Below, piece by piece: positions 12,894-24,673 of a stretch of 64,000 nucleotides of DNA. How positions within the stretch are numbered: position 1 is the stretch's first letter; the number at the start of each line of letters is the position of its first letter. The notes beneath the pieces are model-generated. The model was not told where the DNA came from. It worked only from the letters and a program-made list of their open reading frames with translations, and made no database searches. A program made the translations under genes and the position numbers. This DNA comes from Mobula birostris (taxonomy: Eukaryota), in contig NC_092377.1 in the NCBI RefSeq assembly GCF_030028105.1, positions 166,510,104 through 166,574,103 of the forward strand, given 5' to 3'.

Positions 12894-13493
12894 GACTCAG
12901 TGGCCACTTTATTAGGTACACCTGTACACCTCATTAATGCAAATATCTAATCAGCCAATCATATGGCAGCAACTCAATACATAAAAGCATGTAGACATGG
13001 TCAAGAGATTCAGTTGTTGCTCAGACTAAACATCAGAATGGGGAAGAAATGTGATCTAAGTGACTTTGGCCATGGAATGATTGTTGGTTCCGGATGGGGT
13101 GGTTTGAGTATCTCAGAAACCGCTGATCTCCTGGGATTTTCACACACAACAGTCTCTAGAGTTTATAGAGGATGGTGTGAAAAACAAAAAAAAATCGAGT
13201 GAATGGCAGTTCTGTGGGCAAAAATACCCTGTTAATGAGAAAGATCAGCCAGACTGGTTCAAGCTGACAGGAAGGTGACAGTAACTCAAGCAAGCATGTG
13301 TTACAACAAAGGTGTGCAGAAGAATGCACAGCACATAATAACATTTCTTCCCCATTCTGATGTTTGGTCTGAACAAAACTGAACCTCTTGACCATGTCTA
13401 CATGCTTTTATGCATTGAGTTGCTGCCACATGATTGGCTGATTAGATATTCACATTAATGAGCAGATGTACATAATAATGTGGTCACTGAGTG
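12894..13493 (+). mobile_element. Non-autonomous Tc1-derived element (600 bp)
   Basis: TA-flanked TIRs ACTCAGTGGCCACTTTATTAGGTAC / GTGGTCACTGAGTG. Remnant HTH MGKKCDLSDFGHGMIVG..LSISETADLLGFSHTTVSRVY. Confidence 0.85.
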
Positions 13494-13664
13494 TAGAATC
13501 ATTGAGTAATTCAACACAGGATCAGGCCCTCCTTGGTCCAAGATGTCCATCTAATCCAGTCTTATTGTCTGCCTTTTGCTCATAACCCCCTAAACCTTTC
13601 CGAAATCTACTTACCTAGAAGTCTTTTAGACACTGTTATTGTACTTACCTTGCCACTTCTGCAT

Positions 13665-13945
13665 GGCAGCATAGTGGCTAGCCTGACTCTTTACAATGCC
13701 AGCAACCTGGGTTCAATTCCTGCTGCTGTCTATAAGGAGTATGTATATTCTCTCTGTGACCAAGTGGGTTTCCTCCTGGTGCTCCGGTTTCCTCCCATAT
13801 TACAAACACGTACAGGCTAGTAAGTCGTGGGCACTGGAAGTGTGTCAACACTTGTGTGCTGCCCCCAGAACAATTTGTTCTGTTGGTCGTTGATGCAAAC
13901 AACACATTTCACTGTATGTTTCAATGTATATGTGACAAAGCTAAT
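13665..13945 (+). mobile_element. tRNA-headed V-SINE
   Basis: A/B-box-like head and V-domain. The tail is shared with 20380-20650 and 56152-56410. Confidence 0.8.
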
Positions 13946-14539
13946 CCAATCAATTTGTTAATTCCCATCTCTAAGTCCTGTTGGATTAGGGCATAGAGTT
14001 TTTAATTCTTCTGATATTTCTCTTGTGGATTAACTTTCCTGTGCTTATAATTTTTACATCATCACCTACATACATGTAATTGTTCAGTAAATTTTCTAGT
14101 AGTCTCGCCAATTCTGTGTTTTCTACAAGTTTCTCAGTTTTTCTGCGGCTGGTGTTTCTCCACCTGAATCTGGCTATTTCACAGGCTACATGTTATCAAT
14201 GAGATGTACCTTATCTCTAATCTGAGTATGAGATGACCACAATGTCTTTGTCTCTCTTTGTTCCTGTAACATTTATTAAAATAGTTGAGCCATCAAGTTT
14301 AATGCCTCATTATCGTCTTCCAATGAACCCTTGGATCAACATCACCAGATATGTTCGACCAAAAAAAATCACTGTAATGTGAAAAATCTGTACAGGACAG
14401 GAGGTACCACTTGTCCTGTTGCGTGTGTGCAATATTTACAGTTTTATTTAGGTCTTGACAATGTATCCCAATGGAACAATGAATCCTATGTTTCATCATT
14501 TCAAGTAATCTGAGAAAATCAAGGCGTCGCTGAAATAAA

Positions 14540-15690
14540 TTTGCTTTTGAGGAAAAATAAAGGCTATACAAGGCATTGGTAAGACTGCAGTTGGAGTATA
14601 GTGAACAGCTTTAGGCCCCTTATCTGAGAATGATGTGCTGGCTTTGGAGAGGGTCCAGAGGAGGTTCACAAGAATGATCCCAGGAATGAAAGGGTTAATG
14701 TACGAGTTGTAATTGATAATTGATGGCTCTGGGTCTGTACTCACTGGAGTTTAGAAGAGTGGGGGGGGGAAATCTCATTAAAACCTATTGAATATTGAGA
14801 TAGAGTGGATGTTTCTTGTAGTAGGAGAGTCTAGGATCAGGTTCAGGAACAGTTATTACTACTCAGCCATCAGAACCAAAAGGGATAATTTCACTCATCT
14901 TCACTCACCCGATCACTGAGCTGGGCTCACTTTCAAGGATTCCATCTCATGTTCTCGATATTTATTACTTATTTATTTATTCTTTTTGTATTTGCATAGT
15001 TTGTTGTCTTCTGCTCTCTGGTTGAACGCCCAAGTTGGGCAGTCTTTCACTGATTCTGTTATAGTTATTATTCTATTGAGTTTTTGATTATGCCCACAAG
15101 AAAATGAATCTCAGGGTTGTACGTAGTGACATATGTGTACTTTGATAATAAATTTACTTTCAACTTTGTGATGAGGAATTTCTTTTGCCAGAGGATGGTG
15201 AACCTGTGAAACTCATTGCTGTTGATGGGTGCAGAGGCCAAGTCATTGTGTATATTTAAAGCAGAGGTTGATAGGTCATTGATAGGAACATGTTAGAGTC
15301 GATACTAAGGATGCGGTCTCAGCGTACTTGGAGGCACCAGATAAAGTAGGCCATAATCAGTATTGTTTCCTCAATGGAAAGTCTAGCCTGACAAATCTGT
15401 TGGAATTCTTCGAAGAAAAACAAGCAGTAGACAAAGGAGAATCGGTGGATGTCGTGTACTTGGATTTTGAGAAGGCCTTTGACAAGGTGCCACACATGAG
15501 GCTGCTAACAAGGTAAGAGCCCATGATATTACAGGAAAGATTCTAGCATAGATACAGTGGCTGATTGGCTGGAGGCAAAGGTTTCAGGGAGATGGTGTTG
15601 AGGGGGATAATAGATCAGTCGAAATGGAGCAGATTCGATGGGCTGAATGTCCTCTTTCTGCTCTTATGTCAGATGGTGTTATGGTTTGAG
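14540..15690 (+). mobile_element. Cluster of CR1 and Rex-type LINE fragments
   Basis: GKSSLTNLLEFFE..VDVVYLDFEKAFDKVPH RT fragment at 15328-15516, plus CR1 and Rex tails. Confidence 0.7.
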
Positions 15691-16414
15691 AAGTTGAGGC
15701 ACTGAACAACTCGAAATTCTCAGGAAGCTATAATTTTTTTCGGAGATGGATGCACAGACAGGAAGAATAGTTCAATAATGAGTTGTTAGAAACCTCAGAG
15801 GAACAAGAAAGGAAAGTTTGAGTGAGCAATGGCCATAATTACAACCCTTGGTATTAACCAACATTTGTAAAGCAGACATCTGCTTCTACACATGCTCTAC
15901 AAAACAAAAAATTCACTGTAATGTGAAAAATCTGTCTTGCCGGTTAACCGTATTCAAGATCTTCCTGCGAATGATTACGAGTGAACTCGTCTAATTTTTT
16001 AAAGCAATTTTTGTGGCAAACCTAGTTATTCACCCAAGAGGAAATTGCCTGTCTCCTCTTATGAAGTTGAGGTCCAGATAAATTACGAATCTGCAGCTCC
16101 TTTTGCATTTATGAGAAACCTGCTTGGAGAAACACCTTTGAAAAGAATCTTTAATCTTCTTCCCCTTTTTCCCTCGATCTCGACTACCCGAAGGCAATGC
16201 TTACATACAGCTGCATCCCAGGTAAATCTATACCCTCTGCTATTAACTGTCACACAATAAAAGTTCATTTTAAAAGAGTTCCCATCTTCTGAACACAATT
16301 CACACTGATGGACTCGCTTCATTTAAGAAGATTGATCCCTCGAGAACGTGACTAAACTTCAGCACTGGGAGGAGCAGCTGCTGACAGATGTGCTTTGTTC
16401 TTTTGTTTTATTAG

Positions 16415-16576
16415 ATGTGTGCACAGTATCGGAAGCCCAGGCAGCAGAGAAATTGTCCAAGGATAGAGAGTCATGGAACGCGAAAAGTGGAAAGAAGGCC
16501 AAGAAACTCAATGGCCACAAAAGGATGGAAGACCAGCAAGAATGGGAAAGGCTTGACAATCCTCAGGCAGGGAAAG
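16415..16576 (+). CDS. dkk4: Dickkopf-4 coding exon 3 (end of CRD1 and linker)
   Basis: Acceptor tttgttttattag|AT and donor AAAG|gtaatg. 162 nt, phase 1/1. Joins exon 2 as ..LN-D-VCT (10th Cys of CRD1) and exon 4 as ..GK-G-LEGETC, with no stop. Confidence 0.9.
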
Positions 16577-16597
16577 GTAATGCTTAGGACCGGCTCT

Positions 16598-17045
16598 TGT
16601 TCGCCACTTTTGACAGATCATTACAGTACAGTGTAGGCCCTTCACCCCATGATGCTGTACCAACTTTTACTCTGCTCTCTGATCAATCTACCTCTTCCCT
16701 CTCACATGGCCCTCCATTTTTCTATCATCCAGGTGCCTATCTAAGAGTTTCTTAAATGCTCTTAATCTAGATGTTCCCAACCCGGAGTCCACGGACCCCT
16801 CAGTTACTGGTAGAAATGCCGTAGAAATGCCATAGAAAAGGTTGGGAACCCCTCCCCTAATGCATCTGCCTCTACCACCACCCCTGGCAGCAAGTTCCAG
16901 GCACCCACCACTCTCTGTGGTTTATAAAACAAAAAGAAATCTACCTCTGATGTTTACCTCTGCACTTCCCTCCAAACACTTTAAAAGATGTCCCCTTGTA
17001 TTAGCCGGATCTGCCCTGAGAATGTCTCTGGCTGTCCACTCAATC
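16598..17045 (-). mobile_element. CR1 3' tail with an ~86-bp hAT-type mini-MITE inserted (about 16768-16853)
   Basis: CR1 3' UTR on -. Insert termini GTTCCCAACC / GGTTGGGAAC with a near-duplicated 8-bp flank. Confidence 0.65.
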
Positions 17046-17824
17046 TATATTTCTGACCGTTTTCTCACTCCAAAGAGCAAATCTGAGTGAGACTTACATT
17101 TATGCTTTCTCTCCATTTTGAGTTACCCTGGGGCATTCATAATGAGACAAGTTCATGACAAATAAATGTCTTGCCGCTACTTTAGTGGCACTTGACACAT
17201 ACATTAATCTTCAAGATAAACTTTTTTTTTCATACAGCCTTATAGACTTTCCCCTTCAATTGTAAAATGGCTTTCATAACTGGGGTTCTTTAATCATGTT
17301 TTAAACCCAAGTTGAGACTAGCTTCCCCAAGATAATATCCCGTCCTGCTGGAATGGGGCATAGAAACCATGGAGCATTACAGCACTGTACAGGCCTTCAG
17401 CCCAAAATGTTGTGCCAACCTTTTAATCTACTCCAAGATCAATCTAACTCTTCCCTTCCCACATAACCCTCAGTTTTTCTATCATCCATGTGCCTATCTA
17501 AAGGACTCGTAAATGTCCCTAATGTATCTGCCTCTACCACCATCCCAGTAGTACATTCACACAGCCACCTCTCTGTTTTTAAATAAAACCTATTTCTAAC
17601 ATTTTCTCCCTCCCCATACTTTCCTGCAATCACCATAAAGTTATGCCCCCTTGTATTAGGCATCTTCACCCTGGCTGTCCACTCGATCCATGTCCCAAGT
17701 CCTTGTTGATAGTTACAAAAAGACATGCCTTTGTAGTTCTAGTGACATCTTATGAAAATCAATACATTTACAAACCATTTTTTTTTGCAAATTCAGGACA
17801 TTCCACTGCAGACACAATATAGAG

Positions 17825-18027
17825 AAAGCAACACTCACAACACGCTGGAGGAACTCAGCAGGTTGGGCAGCATCCGTGGAAAAGATCGGTTGACGTTTCG
17901 GGCCGGAACCCTTCGTCAGGACGTCAGGTGTCCTGATGAAGGGTTCCGGCCCGAAACATCGACCGATCTTTTCCACTGGTTCTGCCGGACCTGCTGAGTT
18001 CCTCCAGCTCGTTGCGAGTGTTGCTTT
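17825..18027. repeat. Penelope-derived palindrome (two 98-bp arms, 7-nt loop)
   Basis: 17825-17922 is the reverse complement of 17930-18027 with few mismatches. Each arm is the Penelope terminal sequence. Confidence 0.92.
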
Positions 18028-18889
18028 GACCCCAGCGTCTGCAGATTATTTTGTATATAGAGAAAGTGTAGGGTGCTACAGTAGTGTGACACGATTATAG
18101 CTTGGAACATTTCGGAATTCAGAGCTCAGTTCCACCGCTGGCTGTAAGGAGTTTGTACACTTTCCCCAGAATCGTGTGGGCTTCATCCAGGCATTCTGGT
18201 TTCCTCCCAGAGTCTAAGGACATGTGGGTTGTTACTGTACATACAATGCACAGCCAAATTCTGTGCGGCAAGATCATACAACCTCCACTGATATGAAAGA
18301 AGAGGTAATTTGTTCTGTAATGTTGGATATTAGGTTTGTATTAACCGCAACACAAGAATTCTCTTGAGCATCTTAAAACTGTGCCAATGGATTTTGTACA
18401 TTTGCTAATGGCAGTAGGTTAGATCATGGTGTAATATTTTAGTCAGAAATTCAGCACCTCCAACAGAGAACTATGCATCACCTAAGTGTCAGCCCCAGTT
18501 AGATGCACAAGTGTACAAGCAGAGGTCAAAGGGTTACTATTTTCTTAATACAGAGACTATAAATGTGCCTCATCGATCAAAATGTTATTTGTCATCCTAA
18601 AGTAATCTGCCATTAAAGTATTTGATTGCAAGAAGCCTTTAATTCGTTACCTTCCACTTTATAGCCCGCCCAATAGATTACTGTGGTAATGAAAGGCTTA
18701 GCCTACTACTTAACACAGAATTGGCTTTCATTCTGCGGATTATTAGTGTCAAGTATTTGTTATCAGAAGCTGGACTCTTGCCAAATCAAGAATATTTTGG
18801 TTCTTTTAAATCTCTATTTTGGTAAGTTTTCAGAGTTCACTGAACAAGTTAATTGAGAAGCTGTAGTGACTGCATTGATTACAAGGGAA

Positions 18890-19425
18890 CTCATGCATGC
18901 ACACACAAACAGAGCTGGAGGAACTCAGAATATCAACATCAGTGTTTCGGGTCAAGACCCATCATCAGGACTAGAAAGGAAGGGGGAAGAAGCCAGAATT
19001 TCCCTATTCTGGATTTCCCCCCTCCCCCTTACCCTTTCTCTTCTTCTCACCCACCCACATCTCCCTCTGGTTTTCCTTCTTCCCTTTCTTCCATAGATGG
19101 CCCACTATCCTCTTCTATTAGCTTCCTCCTCCTTCAGCCCTTCACCTCTTCCACTGAAAACATCCCAGCTTCTTACTTTATCTCCCCCCGCCCCCCGGCT
19201 CACCTTCCACCACCCACCCTGGTCCCACCTGTCACCTGTCTGTTTGTATGCCTTCCACTCCCCCCAGTCACCTTATTCTGGCTTCTTCCCCTTTCCCTTC
19301 CAGCCCTGATGATGGGTCTCAGCCTGAAACGTCAACGGTTTATTTCCCTCCATGGATGCTGCCTGACCTGCTGAGTTCCTCCGGCACTTTGTGTATGTTG
19401 CACTGGATTTCCAGCCTCTGCAGAA
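18890..19425. mobile_element. Penelope-derived element with inverted terminal arms and a spacer
   Basis: gctggaggaactcag..catcatcaggac on the left and cctgatgatgggtctcagcctgaaacgtc..ctgagttcctcc on the right, separated by a pyrimidine-rich tract. Confidence 0.75.
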
Positions 19426-19611
19426 CCTCTTGTGTTGATTGTTGACCAGGGAGCTAGTAATTCTTCAAAGTTCACCTATAAACAATGTATTTGGGCCACA
19501 AACAAAGCTCAAGGTTTCAAACTTTGCAGCTGCAGAAATCCTTTCAAAGTGCCTTCTTCTGCAATGGGTGGAGTGAGCATTGTTGAGGCACATCGATGGT
19601 CACACCAAGTC

Positions 19612-19865
19612 AGTGCACTGTAGCTTAGCAGTTAGCACAATGCTATTATAGTACCAGCAACCCAGGTTCAATTCCCACCACTGTCTGTAAGGAGTTTGTA
19701 TGTTCTCCCCGTGACCGCGTGGGTTTCCTCCGGGTGCTCTGCTTTCCTCCCACAGTCCAAAGATGTACCGGTCAGTTGGTTAGGTGGTCACATGGGTGTA
19801 ACTGGGTGTCACAGGCTTGTTAGCCCAGAAGGGCCTGTTACCGTACTGTATCTCTAAACAATAAA
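19612..19865 (+). mobile_element. tRNA-headed V-SINE (HE1-like), well preserved
   Basis: tagcttagcagttagc..caggttcaattccc head; V-domain ctccccgtgaccgcgtgggtttcctccgggtgctc; tail ending tctctaaacaataaa. Confidence 0.85.
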
Positions 19866-20379
19866 GGAAAACTTTGACCTTTGTTTTCAAGCTCATGACC
19901 CACCCATACTTTAACCTCTAAGTTTATTTTTGTGTAATTCTTTATTCATTATAATTGTTGAATGTTGTTGTTTTTGTTGCATGTTGCTCCCTGACCAACT
20001 CACCACAGCAAATTCCTAATGCATGTAAGTGTATATATGGTGAATAAAGTTAGTCCCTGGTCCCTGGTAACACTTGAATTTCTGACTGAAATATTTCACC
20101 ATGATCCATTGTAGAAAATCCATTGGCATGGTTTGCAGATGCTCTTGTGCTCTGGCTAATATTTACTTCGTATCCAATAGTAGCATAGCAGGCAACGTTC
20201 CCTTTTTTTTAACAGCTGCATTGCTCTGAGCAGTAAATTTTTACACAGTTTGAAAATTGTGCAGTACTTTAATAAAACATTATACAAAAGAAAGATCCAG
20301 CTGCATAGTAACAAAGGCTATGTGCACAGGAGCATTTCAGTTACTGTGCGGCTGCACACCCACACGGCTTAGAGGCAAA

Positions 20380-20650
20380 GGTGGTAGCAGTTAGTGCAGT
20401 GCTCATAGAGCACCAATCACTAATTGATGTTTAATTCCCACCGCTGTCTGTAAGGAGTTTGTACTTTCTCTCTGTGTCTGCATGGCTTTCCTCCAGGTGT
20501 TCCAGTTTCCTTCCACAGTCCAAAGGGGTTAGGGTTAGTGTGTTGTGGGCATGCTACGTTGGCGCTGGAAGTGTGGCGACACTTGCAGGCTTCCCCTAGC
20601 ACAATCCTCACTGATTTGAATCGACCCATTTCACTGTATGACAAGGAATT
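20380..20650 (+). mobile_element. V-SINE
   Basis: Same head, V-domain and tail as 13665-13945. Confidence 0.75.
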
Positions 20651-20695
20651 ACAAAGGTTAGTTTTATTTGTCATGTGTATAATTAAATATATAAT

Positions 20696-23600
20696 TGGAG
20701 CTATGACGTGGTGGCCATTACAGAGACTTGGATGGCCCAGGGACAGGAATGGTTACTTCAAGTGCAGGGTTTTAGATGTTTCAGAAAGGACAGGGAGGGA
20801 GGCGAAAGAGGTGGGGGCGTGGCACTGTTGATCAGAGATAGTGTCACAGCCGCAGAAAAGGTGGACGCCATGGAGGGATTGTCTACGGAGTCTCTGTGGA
20901 TGGAGGTTAGGAACAGGAAAGGGGTCAATAACTTTACTGGGTGTTTCTTATAAGCTGCCCAATAGTAACAGGGATATCGAGGAGCAGATAGGGAAACAAA
21001 TCCTGGAAAGATGTAATAATAACAGAGTTGTCGTGATGGGAAATTTTAATTTCCCAAATATTGCATCTCCCTAGAGCAAGGGGTTTAGATGGGGTGGAGT
21101 TTGTTAGGTGTGTTCAGGAAGGTTTCTTGACACAATATGTACAAACACCTACAAGAGGAGAGGCTGTACTTGATTTGGTGTTGGGAAATGAACCTGGTCA
21201 GGTGTCAGATCTCTCAGTGGGAGAGCATTTTGGAGATAGTGATCATAATTCTGTCTCCTTTACAATAGCATTGGAGAGAAATAGGAACAGACAAGTTAGA
21301 AAAGCATTTAATTGGAGTAAGGGGAATTATGAGGCTATCAGGCAGGAAATTGGAGGGTTAAATTGGAAACAGATGTCCTCGGGAAAAGTACGGAAGAAAT
21401 GTGGCAAATATTCAGGGGATATTTGTGTGGAGTTCTGTATGGGTACGTTCCAATGAGACAGGGAAGTTATGGTAGGGTACAGGAACCGTGGTGTACAAAG
21501 GCTGTAACAAATCTAGTCAAGAAGAAAGAAAAGCTTGCAAAAGGTTCAGAGAGCTAGGTAATGTTAGAGATCTAGAAGATTATAAGGCTAATAGGAAGGA
21601 GCTTAAGAAGGAAATTAGGAGAGCTAGAAGGGGCCATGAGAAGACCTTGGCGGGCAGGATTAAGAAAAACCTCAAGGCATTCTACAAGTATGTGAAGAGC
21701 AAGAGGATAAAACGTGAAAGAATAAGACTATCAAGTGTGACAGTGGGAAAGTGTGTATGGAACCGGAGGAAATAGCAGAGGTACTTAATGAATACTTCAC
21801 TTCAGTATTCACTATGGAAAAGGATCTTGGTGATTGCAGTGATCACTTGCAGCAGACTGAAAAGCTTGTGCATGTAGATATTAAGAAAGAGGATTTGCTG
21901 GAGCTTTTGTAAAGCATCAAGTTGGATAAGCCGCCAGGACTGGATGAGATGTTTCCCAGTCTACGGTGGGAAGCGAGGGAGGAGATTGCTGAGCCTCTGG
22001 CGATGATCTTTGCATCATCAATGGGGACGGGACAGATTCCGGAGGATTGGAGGGTTGCGAATGTTTTTCCTTTATTCAAGAAAGGGAGTAGAGATAGCCC
22101 AGGAAATTATAGACCAGTGAGTCTTACCTCAGTGGTTGGTAAGTTGATAGAGAAGATCCTGAGAGGCAGGATTTATGAACAGTTGGAGAGGTATAATATG
22201 ATTAGGAATAGTCAGTATGGCTTTGTCAAGGGCGGGTCGTGCCTTAGGAGCCTGATTGAATTTTTTGAGGATGTGACTAAACACATTGATGAAGGAAGAG
22301 CAGTAGATGTAGTGTATATGGATTTCAACAAGGCATTTGATAAGGTACCCCATGCCAGGCTTATTGAGAAAGTAAAGAGGCATGGGATCCAAGGGGACAT
22401 TGCTTTATGGATCCAGAACTGGCTTGCCCACAGAAGGCAAAGAGTGGTTGTAGACGGGTCGTATTCTGCATGCGTGTCGGTGACCAGTGGTGTGCCTCTG
22501 GGATCTGTTCTGGGACCCTTACTCTTCGTGATTTTTATAAATGACCTAGATGTGGAAGTGGAGGGATGGGTTAGTAAGTTTGCTGATGACACAAAGGTTG
22601 GAGGTGTTGTGGATAGTGTGGAGGGCTGTCAGAGGTTACAGCGGGACATTGATAGGATGCAAAACTGGGCTGAGAAGAGGCAGATGGAGTTCAACCCAGA
22701 TAATTGTGAAGTGCTTCGTTTTGGTAGGTCAAATATGATGGCAGAATATTGTATTAATGGTAAGACTCTTGGCAGTGTGGAGGATCAGAGGGATCTTGGG
22801 GTCAGAGTCCATAGGACGCTCAAAGCAGCTGCGCAGGTTGACTCTGTGGTTAAGGCGGCGTATGGTGTATTGGCCTTCATCAATCGTGGAATTGAATTTA
22901 GGAGCTGAGAGGTAATGTTGCAGGCATATAGATGAGGGTAGTGCAGTGGATGTGATCTACATGGATTTTAGTAAGGCATTTGACAAGGTTCCACATGGTA
23001 GGCTTATTCAGAAAGTCAGATGGCATGGGATCCAGGGAAGTTTGGCCAGGTGGATTCAGAATTGGCTCACCTGCAGAAGGCAGAGGGTCGTGTTGGAGGG
23101 AGTACATTCGGATTGGAGGGTTGTGACTAGTGATGTCCCACAAGGATCGGTTCTGGGACCCCTGCTTTTCGTGATTTTTATTAACGACCTGGATGTGGGG
23201 GTGGAAGGATGGGTTGGCAAGTTTGCAGACGACACAAAGGTTGGTGGTGGTGTGGATAGTGTAGAGGATTGTCGAAGATTGCAGAGAGACATTGATAGGA
23301 TGCAGAAGTGGGCTGAGAAGTGGCAGATGGAGTTCAACCCGGAGAAGTGTGAAGTGGTACACTTTGGAAGGACAAACTCCAAGGCAGAGTACAACGTAAA
23401 TGGCAGGATACTTGGTAGTGTGGAGGAGCAGAGAGACCTGGGGGTACATGTCAATAGATCCCTGAAAGTTGCCTCACAGGTAGATAGAGTAGTTAAGAAA
23501 GCTTATGGGGTGTTAGCTTTCATAAGTCGAGGGATAGAGTTTAAGAGTCGCGATGTAATGATGCAGCTCTATAAAACTCTGGTTAGGCCACACTTGGAGT

Positions 23601-24673
23601 ATTGTGTCCAGTTCTGGTCACCTCACTATGGGAAGGGTGTGGAAGTATTGGAAAGGGTACAGAGGAGATTTATCAGGATGCTGCCTGGTTTAGAGAGTAT
23701 GCTTTATGATCAGAGATTAAGGGAGCTAGGGCTTTACTCTTTGGAGAAAGGGTGGATGAGAGGAGACATGATAGAGGTATACAAGATATTAAGAGGAATA
23801 GATAGAGTGGATAGCCAGCGCCTCTTCCCCAGGGCACCACTGCTCAATACAAGAGGACATGGTTTTAAGGTAAGGGGTGGGAAGTTCAAGGGGGATATTA
23901 GAGGAAGGTTTTTTACTCAGAGAGTGGTTGGTGCGTGGAATGCACTGCCTGAGTCAGTGGTGGAGGCAGATACACTAGTGAAATTTAAGAGACTGCTAGA
24001 CAGGTATATGGAGGAATTTAAGGTGGGGGGGGGGTTATATGGGAGGCAGGGTTTGAGGGTCGGCACAATATTGTGGGCTGAAGGGCCTGTACTGTGCTGT
24101 ACTAGTCTATGTTCTATGTATGTTATATAGGACCCTGGTCAGACCCCACGGAGTACTGTGCTCAGTTCTGGTTGCCTCACTACAGGAAGGATGTGGAAGC
24201 CATAGAAAGGGTGCAGGGGAGATTTACAAGGATGTTGCCTGGATTGGGGAGCATGCCTTATGAGAATGGGTTGAGTGAACTTGGCCTTTTCTCCTTGGAG
24301 CGACGGAGGACGAGGGGTGACCTGATAGAGGTGTATAAGATGATGAGAGGCTTTTGGATAGTCAGAGGCTTTTTTGCAGGGCTGAAATGGTTGCCACAAG
24401 AGGACACAGATTTAAGGTGCTGGGGAGTAGGTACAGAGGAGATGTCAGGGGTAAGTTGTTTTTTTACTCGTTGAATGCGTGGAATGGGCTGCCAGCAATG
24501 GTGGTGGAGGCGGATACGATAGGGTCTTTTAAGAGACACTTAGATAGGTACACAGAGCTTAGAAAAATAGCGAGCTATAGGTAAGCCTAGTAATTTCTAA
24601 GGTAGGGACATGTTTGACACAACTTTGTGGGCCGAAGGGCCTGTACTGTGCTGTAGGTTTTCTATGTTCTATG
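20696..24673 (+). mobile_element. CR1 LINE ORF2 (AP endonuclease and RT), frameshifted, interrupted by a second CR1
   Basis: YDVVAITETW and GDSDHN (APE); YRPVSLTS, GVPLGSVLGP and FADD (RT). Continues after the insert with TLVRPH..EYCAQFW and ends in a (TTCTATG)n tail. Confidence 0.93.
22924..24123 (+). mobile_element. Young 5'-truncated CR1 copy nested in the previous CR1
   Basis: Uninterrupted frame from about 22924 (DVIYMDFSKAFDKVPH..FADD..NALP) with its own 3' tail. The host reads gtaatgttgcag|..|tatataggaccc, contiguous as in the copy at 58590-58620. Confidence 0.9.

Noticed and set aside
19612-19690. tRNA genes at SINE heads (also 13665, 44346, 49530-49609, 58060-58139)
   Set aside because: Only A/B-box-like remnants fused to SINE bodies, with no complete cloverleaf.
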